In this document: positions 22,880 through 38,505 of the stretch, piece by piece
How the letters are laid out: each line of letters starts with the position of its first letter
Position numbering within the stretch: the first letter of the stretch is position 1
Source of the DNA: Eledone cirrhosa
Taxonomy: Eukaryota
Assembly (NCBI GenBank): GCA_964016885.1
Contig: OZ024763.1
Span: forward strand, 26,474,001 to 26,538,000
Reading direction: 5' to 3'
DNA length: 64,000 nt
Program-made: the position numbers and the translations under genes
Notes under the pieces: model-generated
Database searches by the model: none
The model's input: only the letters and a program-made list of their open reading frames with translations
What the model was told of the DNA's origin: nothing

Positions 22880-23785
22880 CTAGCTGCTGAAGTACCCAGC
22901 TTTGCCTGGGTAAACAGATAAAAGCAGACAGGTAGAAGAGAAACCGACTGTATTGGACGCGTTGTCTGGTTTACAATAGAAGGTGAGACCCTGGTGTGTG
23001 TGTGTGATAAAACAAAAATAGTCAAAAAAAAAAACTTTCTGATACACTAGATTCTTCATTTTACCGTTTGAGCATAACATATGAAGATTTCTAGGTGTTC
23101 CCACTCATGAACAACCTACATATGGATAAAAACCGATTCTATCATATTAAACCTACAACTTTGAGACTGACCCTGAGCTTTGTTTATGGTCATAGCAAAA
23201 CTGGCTTCTAACATGGAATTCTTGAGAATTTGAACGGCAGGTCAGTAGAAAAGGGGATGGGAAGAATCTTGTGAATAAATGCATTTTCTTCTTCTTGATT
23301 GCCTCCAAGAATAGTGACCTCTAGTAGATGGTTCAAGATTCACCCGACTTAAGTGTGTGTGTCATTGCATAGACGTAGCTGGCCCTGGTTTCTTAAAGGA
23401 TAATGGGAGTTCCAATATTTTATATTTTACATAGATACAGATAATTATATATAAATGTGTGTATGACACACACACATGCATATAAACCAGTATTCGATTC
23501 CACATAGACGCTGGCTGCGAAACAAGCATCGCTGACAATGGACACGCAGAGAGAATCCCTCATGGTTGTCTCCCAACCTGCTAGAAATAGCAGCTGGGTT
23601 GGTTAGCATACCCAGAATGTTTATCTTCTTTGATTTTATAAAACAAGTATCAATAACCCTTTCTGAGTATACCCTTACTCCATTGGTGCATCTACTTTTC
23701 CATTGTCAGTTTTTGTTTTTGTGTGACACTCAAACACACCAACCAGCCAACCAACATCTTTTTCTTTTATCTATATTATAAGCTG
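22880..23785 (-). mobile_element. Non-autonomous Helitron
   Basis: 3' hairpin CCCAGGCAAAGCTGGG then CTAG|T; 5' region homologous to 33066-33145. Confidence 0.75.
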
Positions 23786-23928
23786 GAGAAACCTAGCAAG
23801 AACTAGTTCTATATAAGCAAGTCACAGTCACCTGTCCCAATTTGCCTCTAATGGGGTCTAATTAATGCTAGTGTGGAAAATGGACATTAAACAATGATGA
23901 TCATAATCACACACACACACACACACAC

Positions 23929-23974
<46 letters not shown>

Positions 23975-24404
23975 AGTTAAGTTCAAACTTTGTCAGACAA
24001 CAATGTCTCGAAAGAGAAACCAGAGATTTTATGTAGGTCAACCTAATTCATGTTGACATTAAAACAAAACACTTGTTTCTCACTTTGGCACGAGGCCAAA
24101 TTTCAAATTTCATGGGTTGCAGCTGACCATAGTTAATATAATTCAATGGCTTTGGGTTTTTTACTCTATCAAAGAGAATAGAAGTTACAAGTGGGCTGAC
24201 AAGTTTTGATGATAACAACATTTAGTTTTACTATACTTTATATCATTGTTCAATACTTCTATGAAATTTTATTGAAAATCAGTTGAAATATTGAAGATGA
24301 AAGTCTAAATATTGAGATTGGAAACAAGAATTTAGAATAGAAGAAACTGACTGTGTTTGTTGATAATATATACATACATACATACATACATACATACATA
24401 CATA

Positions 24405-25266
24405 CAGTATATGACAGTGTACAAGTCGATCCAGCATATAAGTCGACTCCTAAAATTCTGAGGTGTAATTCAGGTTTAAGCCTATATTTGCTGAGTAAGG
24501 TGACCCTCAAAAAAATAAGGCTGTTGCAGGGGAAATAATTAAAAAAAAATTAGTGGTGTGCTAAAGGCTAAGACACTTCTTCCAAAACACTTCAGTCGCA
24601 AGTGAGTTCTAACTCACTGAGTAAACCAGCCTAGCCTAACCTTAACAAAGCTGTGGTAACCTATCCTATGAGCTATGGCAAGTCATTGATATTATTATAA
24701 TCTCTACGTTAAATAGACTTAACAAATATGAGATACAGTAGGAAATAATTATGATGAACTGCTAAAGTTAAGGTAAGTGGTGTACAACGAGTGTTAGGCA
24801 GGCAGTTTCACTGTTTACCCCTCAGTGGTAAAGGTTAATTTCATCATTCATCATTTCATTTTACGTCCGCTTTTTCCCTGCTTGCAAGGGTGGGACGGGA
24901 ACTGATTCTGGCTTGATTTCTACAGCTGGATGCCCTTCCTAACACCAACCTCATTTACAGTGAGTGCTGGGTGCTTTTTTGCCGTGGCACCTCCACGACC
25001 ACTTTGCAGTGGAATGATAGGGACCTCAGTCCCTATCATCTCATTTCTACAGCTGAGTAAACTGCAGCAATGTGAAATAAAGTGTCTTGCTCAAGGAAAC
25101 AACACATCACCCGGTCTGAGAATTGAACTCACAACCTTTCGATTGCAAGGCCAATGCTCTAACCACTAAGCCATGTGCCTCACATTTTATATTCAGCGGA
25201 CAAGTCGACCCCTGGTTTTGGAGAGATATTTTTAGGCTCCAAATGTCGACTTTATGCCGGCATATA

Positions 25267-25269
<3 letters not shown>
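24405..25269. mobile_element. pogo/Tigger-like MITE containing a SINE
   Basis: TIRs CAGTATATG.C.G..TA.AAGTCGA; TA TSD. Confidence 0.75.
24841..25181 (-). mobile_element. tRNA-CORE-RTE SINE copy
   Basis: Reverse complement of 2019-2357. Confidence 0.9.
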
Positions 25270-25311
<42 letters not shown>

Positions 25312-25694
25312 GGCAAGTAGAATTCCTGAGATGCATGGACGAATTCTCTCCAGCGGTCTCTGTCATTTATCAGCGCCACTATTTCCCAGGTCTCCTGGAG
25401 ACCAGTGTCATATACACATATACCATTCTTTATCATAGTAATATAACTCACTTTCTCATTAAGCTGGTGTTGGAAACATAAAAGGTTCTAACATAACTTT
25501 TTAGATAAGTATAAACACTTTAACTCTTTCCTTACCATATTTCTCATGAAAGACACTGCCTATGGTTTTCAAATAATTTTGGAAATAAATAATCAAGAAT
25601 TTGGAGGGATTATGAAATTATTTTTATTTTATTTTTAAGCTGGTGTTTTGAACATAATTTAATATTTTCTTACATAAAATTATGACGGAAGGTT

Positions 25695-26483
25695 TAACCC
25701 ATTAGCATTTACATTACTCTATATATACTATTGTTTTTTCATGGTAAAGGCTTTACCTCGCATAATATCAAATCTATGAGATTTTGATATTTATTTTGAG
25801 AACAATACTTTAACATCAGTGTGAGTGGCTAGTTACAGCCAATTTAAACAGAAAGATGTGAGAGAATTCTCGCCGGATACAGCCGGTTTAATTAACCCTT
25901 TAACATTTTAACTGGCCATATCCAGCCAGAATGTTCTCACCTCTTTCTGTTGAAACCAGCTGTAACTGGCCACTCATACTGATTTTAAGGTATTGTTCTC
26001 AAAATAAAGACTATCAAAAGCTCATAGATTCGATAATTATGTGAGGTAAAGACTTTACCATGAAAAAAATAATAGTATATATAGAGTAATGTAAATGTTA
26101 TGCAAGATATTATGTGAGATAAAGCCGTTACCATGAAAATATAATAGTATATATAGAGTAATGTAAATGTTATGCGAGATAAAGCCTTTACCATGAAAAT
26201 ATAGTATATATAGAGTAATGTAAATGCTAAAGGGTTAAATTGAAATATGAAAACTTTAACCCTTTAGTGTTCAAACCGGCCAAAACAGGCCAGAATTCTC
26301 TACCTCTTTCTGTTGAAACTGGCTGTAACTGGTCGCTCAAACTGATGTTAAGGTATTGTTCTCAAAATAAATACTTTTAAAATCTCATAGATTCGATATT
26401 ATATGAGATAATTATGTGAGGTAAAGCCTTTACCATGAAAATATAATAGTATATATAAAATAATGTGAATGCTAAAGGGTTAA
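25695..26483. mobile_element. Cluster of three piggyBac-like MITEs, the first inverted relative to the others
   Basis: TTAA-CCCTTT..AAAGGG-TTAA ends at ~25695-25890, 25893-26239 and 26256-26483; further copies near 5295, 45498, 51973 and 59742. Confidence 0.75.
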
Positions 26484-26815
26484 AGTAAACGAGAATATGA
26501 TAGAACAAGGAGCAATTACGAGTGGTTTGATACCAGAATGGTTTATAGTTTATGATACATAGCAGTAATAATAACACAAGGGAAAATCACTTTATTGGTA
26601 AACCTATACGTAGCCAATATATTTTCGTTTCCTTGTAATTATAAACCATTTTCTGGCAATTAACTGATAAAGGAATATTTTGGAACGAATCTTGAGGCTT
26701 TGCAATTCAAAACGATTTTTTCAAACATGAAAGCAAAACTGAAAATAAATCAATATTTATTTTCAAAGAATCTTTCGAAAGAAATAAAATAAAATATTGC
26801 CTGGATACAGTTGTT

Positions 26816-27190
26816 ACATTAGACTTTATAGCGACTGCAACAGTGCAATAGTATTGGACTTTATAGCGACTGCAACAGTGCAATTGTATTGGACTTTACA
26901 GCAACCTCAACAGTGCAATAGTATTGGACTTTATAGCGACTGCAACAGTGCAATAGTATTGGACTTTATAGCGACTGCAACAGTGCAATAGTATTGGACT
27001 TTATAGCGACTGCAACAGTGCAATAGTATTGGACTTTATAGCGACTGCAACAGTGCAATAGTATTGGACTTTATAGTGCAATTGTATTGGACTTTACAGC
27101 AACCTCAACAGTGCAATAGTATTGGACATTATAGTGACTGCAACAGTGCAGTTATATTGAACTTTATAGTGACTGCAACAGTGCAGTTGT
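26816..27190. repeat. 35-bp minisatellite, ~10 copies
   Basis: Unit GACTTTATAGCGACTGCAACAGTGCAATAGTATTG, with a recurring variant ..ACAGCAACCTCAAC.. Confidence 0.95.
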
Positions 27191-28975
27191 GGTGCTTATC
27201 ACCTTTAGTGTGATTATGAAGCTAGTAAACACCACTTTGGTAACTAAGCTGAATATAGCACTGATGATGGTGAGAGCTGCTGTTACTGGTGATAATGATG
27301 ATTGTAGTGATGGTGGTGGTGGTGGTGATTGATGGTGAGGGCTGCTGTTACTGGTGATAATGATGATGGTGGTGGTGGTTGATGGTGAGGGCTGATGTTA
27401 CTGGTGATAAATGTTATGTTCTTGGAAAGAAACTTAATTTACAAATTTAATCCCAATGAAAACGCTTTTTTTTTTTAAATGTCTTCCCTAAGCCCAGATC
27501 TTACCCTAGTTTCATTGGGGATAAATGACAGAGATGCTAGTCCATCACAGGGTGAAAGTCTGTCCCAAGCCCAAAGATTCATCAAGGCAGGACATTATCC
27601 CAGTTTCACTTGGGATAAGTAAGAGAATATAAGACTTGTCCCTGGATAAAATGCCAGTCCATCATAGTGTTAACTCACACCTAGCTACTGCTGTTGGTAC
27701 ATATTTTTCAGCTGAGTGGACTAAAAACAACATAAAATTAAGATGTTTTGCTCGAGAAAACAACATACTGACCAATCCTGAAATCGAACCCTTGCCATTA
27801 CAATCACAGATCTAACACCCTAACCACTAGGCCACACGCCAACACCAACAAAAACGTTTTTCTGCGACATATTCCAACAATTCTAACCCATGATTCTATA
27901 ACAGTCAACAACGGCATGGACACATTTTAGTGAGTGAAGCACAATTCTATAGTCTGGAAATTATTCCACCAAATAAATATTTAATTGTGGGTTTTTTTTT
28001 TTTTCTTCTTTCTCTCTCCTCCCCACCGCACCAGTTTTTATTTCATTATCAAGTTTAAAGATAATATTTGCTAGATTTAATTACATTCGGGATTTCTGTT
28101 TCATCTGATGAAAATAAACTATTTTTATTTGACAATGGAAGACAATAGTACCCCTCCCCCCAACTGTACACAAATAAACTCTCATGGCACTATCACCATA
28201 CATTTTCACAGCATAACAAATATAATTTTATAAGGAAATAGCAATATATTTATTAATATGAGATTTTTTTTTAAATAAAATATATTTTAAGTAGGTCTGC
28301 CAAGATAATATCCACGTAGTGTGTAAGCGCGCGTGCGTGCGTGCGTGCGTGCGTACTACAGCTCTCATTTAGAGCTTTTGAAAAAATATATTTATATATA
28401 TATATTTTTTTTTTTTACTATATATACGTTGCAACAAACACATGCGTAGGTTTAGCCAGCCACAGATCAGATTATATCTCATAGGAGGTTTCTTGGTGGG
28501 AAGGAGCTTGGCCCCTATCATTAAAACACCCAGAAGCCCTGTATGTGTTGTGGGACCGCATATGAGGTCAGCTAAACCTATGCAAGTAGAAACTGTAGTA
28601 ATACAAGTAACAACAGTACCAAACAGTTTTCTGTGATACCTGGTTCTACTGATACAGTCATTGCTATCAAAACTAGATTATTAAACCATGCATGTATGCA
28701 TGTATGTATGTATGTATGTATGTATGTATGTATGTATGTATGTATGTATGCATGTATGCATGTATGCATGTATGCATGTATGCATGCATGCATGCATGCA
28801 TGCATGCATGTATGTATGTATGTATGTATGTATGCATGCATGCATGCATGCATGCATGTAGCTTGCAACTCTGGATGCAGCCACAGGGACACTATATTGA
28901 CACAGTGTTTCTTGGGCATTTTTTTTTAAACCGAGAAGAGCCCATCTCTTCTCCAGGTCAGAACACAGCTGATTT

Positions 28976-29019
<44 letters not shown>

Positions 29020-29032
29020 GAGAAAGAGAGAA

Positions 29033-29065
<33 letters not shown>

Positions 29066-29077
29066 AAGAGAAAGAGA

Positions 29078-29119
<42 letters not shown>

Positions 29120-29765
29120 CAACCCAAATATTAGTCCAGTGCTTTTTTTTCCCCCCCTTTATCGACCTCAAAAGGATGAAAGGCGAAGTTGAACCCGGCA
29201 GGATTTGAACTCATAAGCACTGAGGGTCGGAATGAATACCACAAAGCATTCTATCTGACGTTCCAACAACTCTGCCGCCTTCCAGTTTAATACTGGAGTT
29301 GATTCTTCCTCCATATCTCTGTCGCATTTTGTCTCTATCGTCCTCGGGAAGAAATCAACAGTGGTCAAACCTGGAGAGGCGAGGAGGTTTAAAACCGCCC
29401 ACGAAACACCATATATCACAACGACGCCCTCTACAGGCTCCTTCAGGAATTGCTGGTCCATTCATACATACATTAAAGATTACTTTTACTAATAATAATA
29501 ATAATTATACACAATAATAAGGTGATCAACAGCTGAAAAAAGATATATGTATATATAAAAGAAAAAAATCTGAAGAGACTTCCAATGAAACTGCAGTTAC
29601 TAATCATTTAAGATCATAACCATGCTAGCGTGTAACACACATGCTAGCGTGTAACACACATGCTAGTATGTAACACAAAGTTAAAACTGGTGCCAACATA
29701 ATTGATTAAAGTCTAGCTTTGAACATAGAGAGAGATAGATAGATAAAGATAGAGAGAGAGCAGCA

Positions 29766-29798
<33 letters not shown>

Positions 29799-30157
29799 AT
29801 TACCAAACAGTGTGGAATTTACTGTATTAGAAACATTGATACCATTAACAACAGAAGAAGAAGAACATTACTGAAGAATATATAACATTAACATAATATA
29901 AAAAAAAAACAACAGAATATTAAACAGAGTCAGATGTAAACAATAAAAAAAAAGATATATGTTGGCTAAATAAAACTTTGTGGATATCTCTGAAAAAAGG
30001 GGGTTGGGAAGAAATTCCTCCATGGCTAAAACTGTTGGACTTGGTTTTTCCTTTTTGGGGTGGGGTCCAGTAGACTTAAGATTAAGAAGAGTTGAACAGT
30101 TTTTTTGAGTTCAAAATGGTCATGCAACTGGTCCATCAGTACCTGCTTCGTACTTAC

Positions 30158-30189
30158 CGTCTTAGTAGCTGCCTGACCACCTCTTCCAC
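30158..30189 (-). other. Candidate 32-nt cassette exon with an in-frame stop after the SPEN exon
   Basis: ttttacatatgcag|GTGGAAGAGGTGGTCAGGCAGCTACTAAGACG|gtaagta. Confidence 0.35.
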
Positions 30190-32526
30190 CTGCATATGTA
30201 AAAGCTCCCAGTATTTTAACAATGGTACAATTCCCAGGTAAAATTCTCAATATCACTATTTCAGTGGTAATCCACAGAATGCAATGCAATTATTAAATTC
30301 CAATAGCGATGGCCTAGATTTATGTAACAATCCGCGGTGTGGTTTTTTTAATAACATCATTCAGTGATAATTATTCCAGTTGAGAGGAGGGTAGATAGGA
30401 AAATAGGCAATCCCAAACATTTATGTACTCCTTAGAGTAAGTATTGCAACTCCATGTGGTCTCTGTGCACTTGTATCCAATTATGGTACATGTAAAAATC
30501 CAAATTTACACTCCAAAACAAAATCCTCCACTGGTTAACCAGATCTGCTAGAATAGATGACACCCACGGCAGTGAGTGGGGTAATGATCTCTCTCAAAGA
30601 CATTTTTAATAAGTGGTAATTCCATAAAATAAAACAACGATGATTCTCATGTATATAGATATAGATATTTTACTCCAGGCATTGGTATCCGTTAAGATGT
30701 TCAGCTATGTAAATAACACCATTTAGAATGGTTAATCCACACACGATGTGATTGCCCTCAATAAACTTTACCTGTTTTAAGTAATCCAGCATTAGTGATC
30801 CTCAAGCTATATACATACATATATATTTATGATGAAGGCCTCAATCGGGGGATTCTCATTTAGTTTTGACATTTTTTTATCATTCAGGGTTTCCATTCGC
30901 TTGTATTTTTTTTTTTAAAGCATATATATATGGGATGCTGGTTGAGAAAAAAACCGAGGGACATTTGTGCAAATAAGAAATACTCCCGTACATCCAATAG
31001 ATTGGCTGAAGTAAAGAATCCAAACCTCTAAGAAAAGCAATATCCAAAACACTAAAAGAAAAAAATGGTGAACACAATACAAGTACAAAAAAGTGTGTGT
31101 AAGAATTTACATCATAAATGGAAAGATGGTGTGTGGTGTTAGAGAGGGAAGGGTGAGACAGAGAGAGAGAACTGCAAAGGTAATGATTGTGTGAATATCA
31201 TTGGGGTATGGTGAGACAGAGAGAGACAATGTGAGACCAACAAACAAGGTGAGACAGAGAGAGAGACAATGTGAGACCAACAAACAAGGTGAGAGAGAGA
31301 GAGACAATGTGAGACCAACAAACAAGGTGAGAGAGAGAGAGAGAGAGAGAGAGACAATGTGAGACCAACAAACAAAGTGAGAGAGAGAGAGACACAATGT
31401 GAGACAGAGAGAGATAGACAGAGAAGGTCAATGTGAATCAGAGAGAGACATGGTGAAACAGGGAGAGAGAGACAAGTTGAGACGGAGAGAGAGAGAGAGA
31501 CAAAGTAGGACAGAGAAGGTCAATGTGAGAGATAGAAAGAGACAAGGTGAGACACAAAGAGAGACTAGATAAGACAGAAGGTCAGGAAGAGAGAAAGAAG
31601 GATAGGGAGAGACACAAAGATGAATGTGTGAATACCAATGAGAGGAGGGGGAGAGACATAGAAAAGAGGTAAAGAAAGAGAAACAAACAGAAAGAGGGGA
31701 GCAAAAAGACAGAGAGAGACGCACAGACTTGTACAGGGAGAGAGAGAGAGAGAGATAGAGAGAGAGAGGTACAGGGAAAGACAGAGATACAGATATAGAG
31801 AAATTGTTAAAAATATTGAAACTATTAAAACATATAAAAGAGACAATGCAAGAAAAAATAATACAAGTCAAAATTCACCAACACCAATCATGGAAATAAA
31901 AAATAAACATAGAAAAGATAGAAGACATTAGATTCTGTGTGTCACACATGCTCGAAACACTTTAGGATTTACCCTAAATATGGACACATCAAAAACTGCA
32001 AATTAGAAATTAGCTTTTGTTGTAGTTATTTTCAACGAAAATCTAAATTTAAAAAAAATTAAATTAAAAATGTTTTTGTTTTTTTTTTGTTGATTTTTTT
32101 TTTGTCTGTGTGTTTCTTGTTTGTTTTTGTTTTTTTGTGTTTTTTTGTTTTTTTACTTGCCATAAACCCCCCCCAAAAAATAAACATCTTAATGTATTTC
32201 TAATTAAGTGGGAATGGTGCTGTTGTGTAAAAGAGGGAAGTAGGTGAAATGTCTAGTGACATACAGTTTCGTACAGAATGTGCAACAAACAACATCAACA
32301 ATAATAATAATAACAATAATGATAGTAGTAGTAATAATAATAATAATAATAATAGTAATAATAATAATAATAATGATGATAATATTTCCTAGTGTTGGCA
32401 TGAGAATGGCGTTTATTGTGGGAGAGGGGGAAGAGAGCGAGGGGAGGGGAAATAGCCAAAGCCAAACCGCTTGTTTCTGGCTTCGACTACGCCGAGACGA
32501 GCCATAAACACGGGAGGATGACTTAC

Positions 32527-32808
32527 CCTTTTGTTCGAGATGTGAAACTTGTTGACGGCACTCTAGCATGTAGGTACTGTCCCCTGTGGGTGGCTGTGGT
32601 AGTCAATCCTGGATCAACTGGTCTTGTAACTACACTACCAGTTGCGCTTCCTTCGCTATAGTCTGTCCGTAATATTACATTCTCTATTTTGTTCTCTGAG
32701 CTGTATGCCTTCGAAGCACATTTTATGTCCATAAATGCCACCGTAGCAGTAATTCCAACTTCATTTTCTTTCTTCGGATGAATCTTCACATTTTGAATTT
32801 TTCCATAG
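32527..32808 (-). CDS. SPEN: SPEN/SHARP (Msx2-interacting protein, split ends) internal coding exon with the C-terminal part of RRM1
   Basis: tttttacag| acceptor and |gtaagt donor; 282 nt, phase 2-2. YGKIQNVKIHPKKENEVGITATVAFMDIKCASKAYSSENKIENVILRTDYSE aligns with human SPEN YGRVESVKILPKRGSEGGVAAFVDFVDIKSAQKAHNSVNKMGDRDLRTDYNE (recalled from memory). Confidence 0.9.
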
Positions 32809-33199
32809 CTGTAAAAACATAAGAAAATGAGAAATTTTAAATGTTGTTGTCCAAATGTAGATGACTATAATACTATTTAGAAGGTTTATTGATACTAAAT
32901 TTATAACATCAAAGAAGAAGAAAAACATCCCGGGTATGCTAACCAACCAACCTGCTATTTCTAGCAGGTTGGGAATCAACTAAAAGGGATTCTCTCTGCG
33001 GGTTCGTTGTCAGTGATAATCGTGTTTCGTAACCAGCGTCTGATTCGAATGCTAGTTTACACATATACACACTTATAATAATGTGAAAGAAGAGTTGTTT
33101 GTTGGTTGGTGTCTGTGCATCACACAAAAAGGAAAACTGACAATCATGATAAAATTGATGGGAGTTGAAATTAATTAATTAACATATGGCATATATTAA

Positions 33200-33540
33200 G
33201 ATGAGGATGGCTCTGAACATTAATCAGTATACACTGAGGATGAAGAACACAGAGCTGTACGGGAGCCTCCCAGAAGTCAGCTCGAAAGTGGCGAAGACGA
33301 GATTGAGATTAGCTGGACATGCTCACTGACATTCAGAGTTGACACTGCACTCAGTGCTCCTGTGGGAACCTCTACATGGACACACTGGAAGAGGGAGACC
33401 GAGGATGACATTGTTGATGCCCTAAAGATAAACATTGGTCTGGGAGATACAGGGCATTCCAACGATGATGAAGGACAGAGACCGCTGGAGAGAACTCATC
33501 CATGGATCTCGGGAATTTTACCCACCCTAGATAAATAGAT
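33200..33540 (+). mobile_element. RTE-like LINE 3' fragment nested in the Helitron (short homologue at 25311-25420, minus)
   Basis: Remnants LRLAGHAH..VLLWEPLHGHTGRGRPR..MMKDRDRW. Confidence 0.65.
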
Positions 33541-33879
33541 AGATATATTAAGCTGTATGTTGTTATTGTCCTATGTTGTCATCCTATTCTCTAGGGCTGC
33601 CATATAAGATTGACTACTATTTTGCATTTATTTGTATTTTTATATTCCTTTGTATTAATATTTATTTCAACTTGCCATCAAAACACCACACATCAATTGG
33701 GAAAGCCACTATAGGCCTGCCAAATGGATGAAATCTTCAAGTTAAACAAACGATCAGGAACAATATGCAAAAAGACTTGAGAATAAAAGGGAAAGGCAAC
33801 AACGACCTCAACACTGACATTCAGCAGAATACGAGATGGAAAACAGAAAAATTAAGGCAAGAAAGAAGAGAATCGCAAC

Positions 33880-34945
33880 TTTCTGAAAGTGAATCCAGAG
33901 ACATCATTGTACAGGAGAGACCTGGCCATTTACAAAGAATTGTAGAGACACACAGGGCATACAACACTCTTCAGTATCCTTTGATTTTTTGGTAGAGGTC
34001 AGGATGGATACAATTTCACCTTAAGACAAGTAAACCCCAGTATAGGCAAGGAAACTAATAAATTGGTCAGTTGCAAAGACTTTTATTTATTCTGCTTCAT
34101 GGTAAGACTTACAAGTCAATTAATTGTTGATGTTTAAGCCAAGATTGAAGCTGAACAATTGGCATTCATTAAAAACAACCAAGCTAAACTTAGAGCAGAG
34201 TAATACATCCACTTGAGAGATGCTATTGTAACTGATGGAATTAATCCTGCCAGTGTTGGTCAGCCAGTAATACTGCCATCTCGCTTCACAGGCAGTCCAC
34301 GCTATATGACTGAGCGCATACAAGATGCCGTGGCATATGTAAGAAAATTTGGTTGTCCAGATCTTTTCGTTACATTTACATGCAATTTTATGTGGCCTGA
34401 AATTCAAAGTGAAATGTTTGAACACCAATATGAAAAACATAGACATGACATCATTGCCAGAGTCTTCAATGAGAAACAGATCTTGATGTGGCTGCTAAAA
34501 GATGGACAAATCTTTAGTGAACTAAGATATTGGCCTAACACTATTGAATGACAGAAAAGGGGTCTTCCTTATTCCCATATGCTAATTTGGTGCACAAACC
34601 AGATTCACTAAGATGAAATTGAGAAACCGGGACCCACCACAAATATGCAATGGCACACATTTAACAGTCAGGCAGATGATGAACCATCTCCTAGAGGTCA
34701 CTATTCTTGGAGGCAATCATCAAGGGGAAAATATGTTTATTCCCAAGATTCCTCTTATCCCTTCCTAATGAACAGAATTCCCCGTTAGAGCCAGTTTTGC
34801 CATGACCATAAATAAAGGCCTAAGTCAGAGTCTCTAAGTTGTAGAATTGAATACAAGAGAATCACTTTTTACCCATGGACAGTTATATGTTCATTGTTCA
34901 CGAGTCGGAACACCTGGAAATCTCCATATACTATGCACGAATGGT
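33880..34945 (+). pseudogene. Helitron Rep/Pif1-helicase pseudogene
   Basis: AYNTLQYPLIFW; VILPSRFTGSPRYM; PDLFVTFTCN; IE*QKRGLPYSHMLIW (HUH motif 2 region); helicase FAMTINK and FTHGQLYV; stops, frameshifts and a large deletion. Confidence 0.88.
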
Positions 34946-35152
34946 AAAATGAAGAAACTGGTGTATCTGGAAGATTTATGATTGCTTTTTTTTTTATGTC
35001 ACACACACGCGCGCACAGATAAAGGTCTCGCCTCATAGTGTAAACCCAGCAACACATCCAATACAGTCCTTTTCTCATATACCCGTCTCTTAACTGTTCA
35101 CCCAGGCGAAGCCAGGTACCTCAGCTAATATATATACATATATGTATGAGAG

Positions 35153-35195
<43 letters not shown>

Positions 35196-36169
35196 GAGAT
35201 AGATCAGATAGACAGAATGAGATATATGTATATATATATGTATATATATATAGAGAGAGAGAGAGAGTAGCTATACAGATAGACATTTAGGCAGACAGAT
35301 ATAGAGAGAGTGAGCTAGATCATGATATATATTAGAGAGAGAGAGAGATATGCAAGTTTATAGATATATTTCTTTATTAGCCACAAAGGCACACAAGAAA
35401 AGGGGACAATACAAAGACATGCCGGGGATTTTTACAACATACAGTCGTGCAAGTTTATAGATAGATATATGTTTCTTTATTAACCACAGGGGCACAAAAG
35501 AAGGGGACAAATACAAAGGGGGAAGTTTACATACAATAAAAACGTGTAAAATGTTTATAGATAGATAGATAGACGGACAGAGAGACAGGTAGACTGGCAG
35601 ACTGACAAACAGGTAGATAGGCAAACAGACAAACCGGTAGATAGGTAGATAGACAGATATATGGATAAATAACACACAGGAAATTCAAACAACTACTTAA
35701 CCACGGTGAGATTTTTTAAAATAAAAATAACCATTTAATATAAGTTAATTAGTTAGGCAAGAGTGTTCAATAATTACATGTAATAATAGTCACTATTTTT
35801 GCACTATAGTTGAAATTTCCTATCAGTGCTTGCTAGCTACTGCTGCTGCTACTACTACTGCGCAGTTAAATGTCTTTAGCTGTAGTAATAGTTAGCAGGG
35901 ACAGAAATAGCTTCGTTCAACATAATTCTATATGGCAAAGAAATGTCATTGATTAGAGAATACTTTACAATCATCAGAAAAAACACTTTAATTATTCAAC
36001 TCTGCTCTCTTTCTCTCTACACACACATATATACATATATATATGTATATATACATACAGAAGGGATATATATACACACATATATACATAATTACAGTCT
36101 TCACAAATATGAATAAACAATCTATACACAAGTTAATAATAGATCCAGCATAAATTAATAGCAAGTAAC

Positions 36170-38505
<2,336 letters not shown>

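Larger units (their letters stand above)
33066..35128 (+). mobile_element. Internally deleted Helitron
   Basis: Helitron-type 5' region (TTATAATAA..TTGTTTGTTGGTTGG); Rep/Hel remnants; 3' hairpin CCCAGGCGAAGCCAGG and CTAA|T (CTRR). Confidence 0.85.

Noticed and set aside
26816-27190. 35-bp repeat array resembling CRISPR
   Set aside because: Units are contiguous with no unique spacers, no cas genes are present, and the context is eukaryotic
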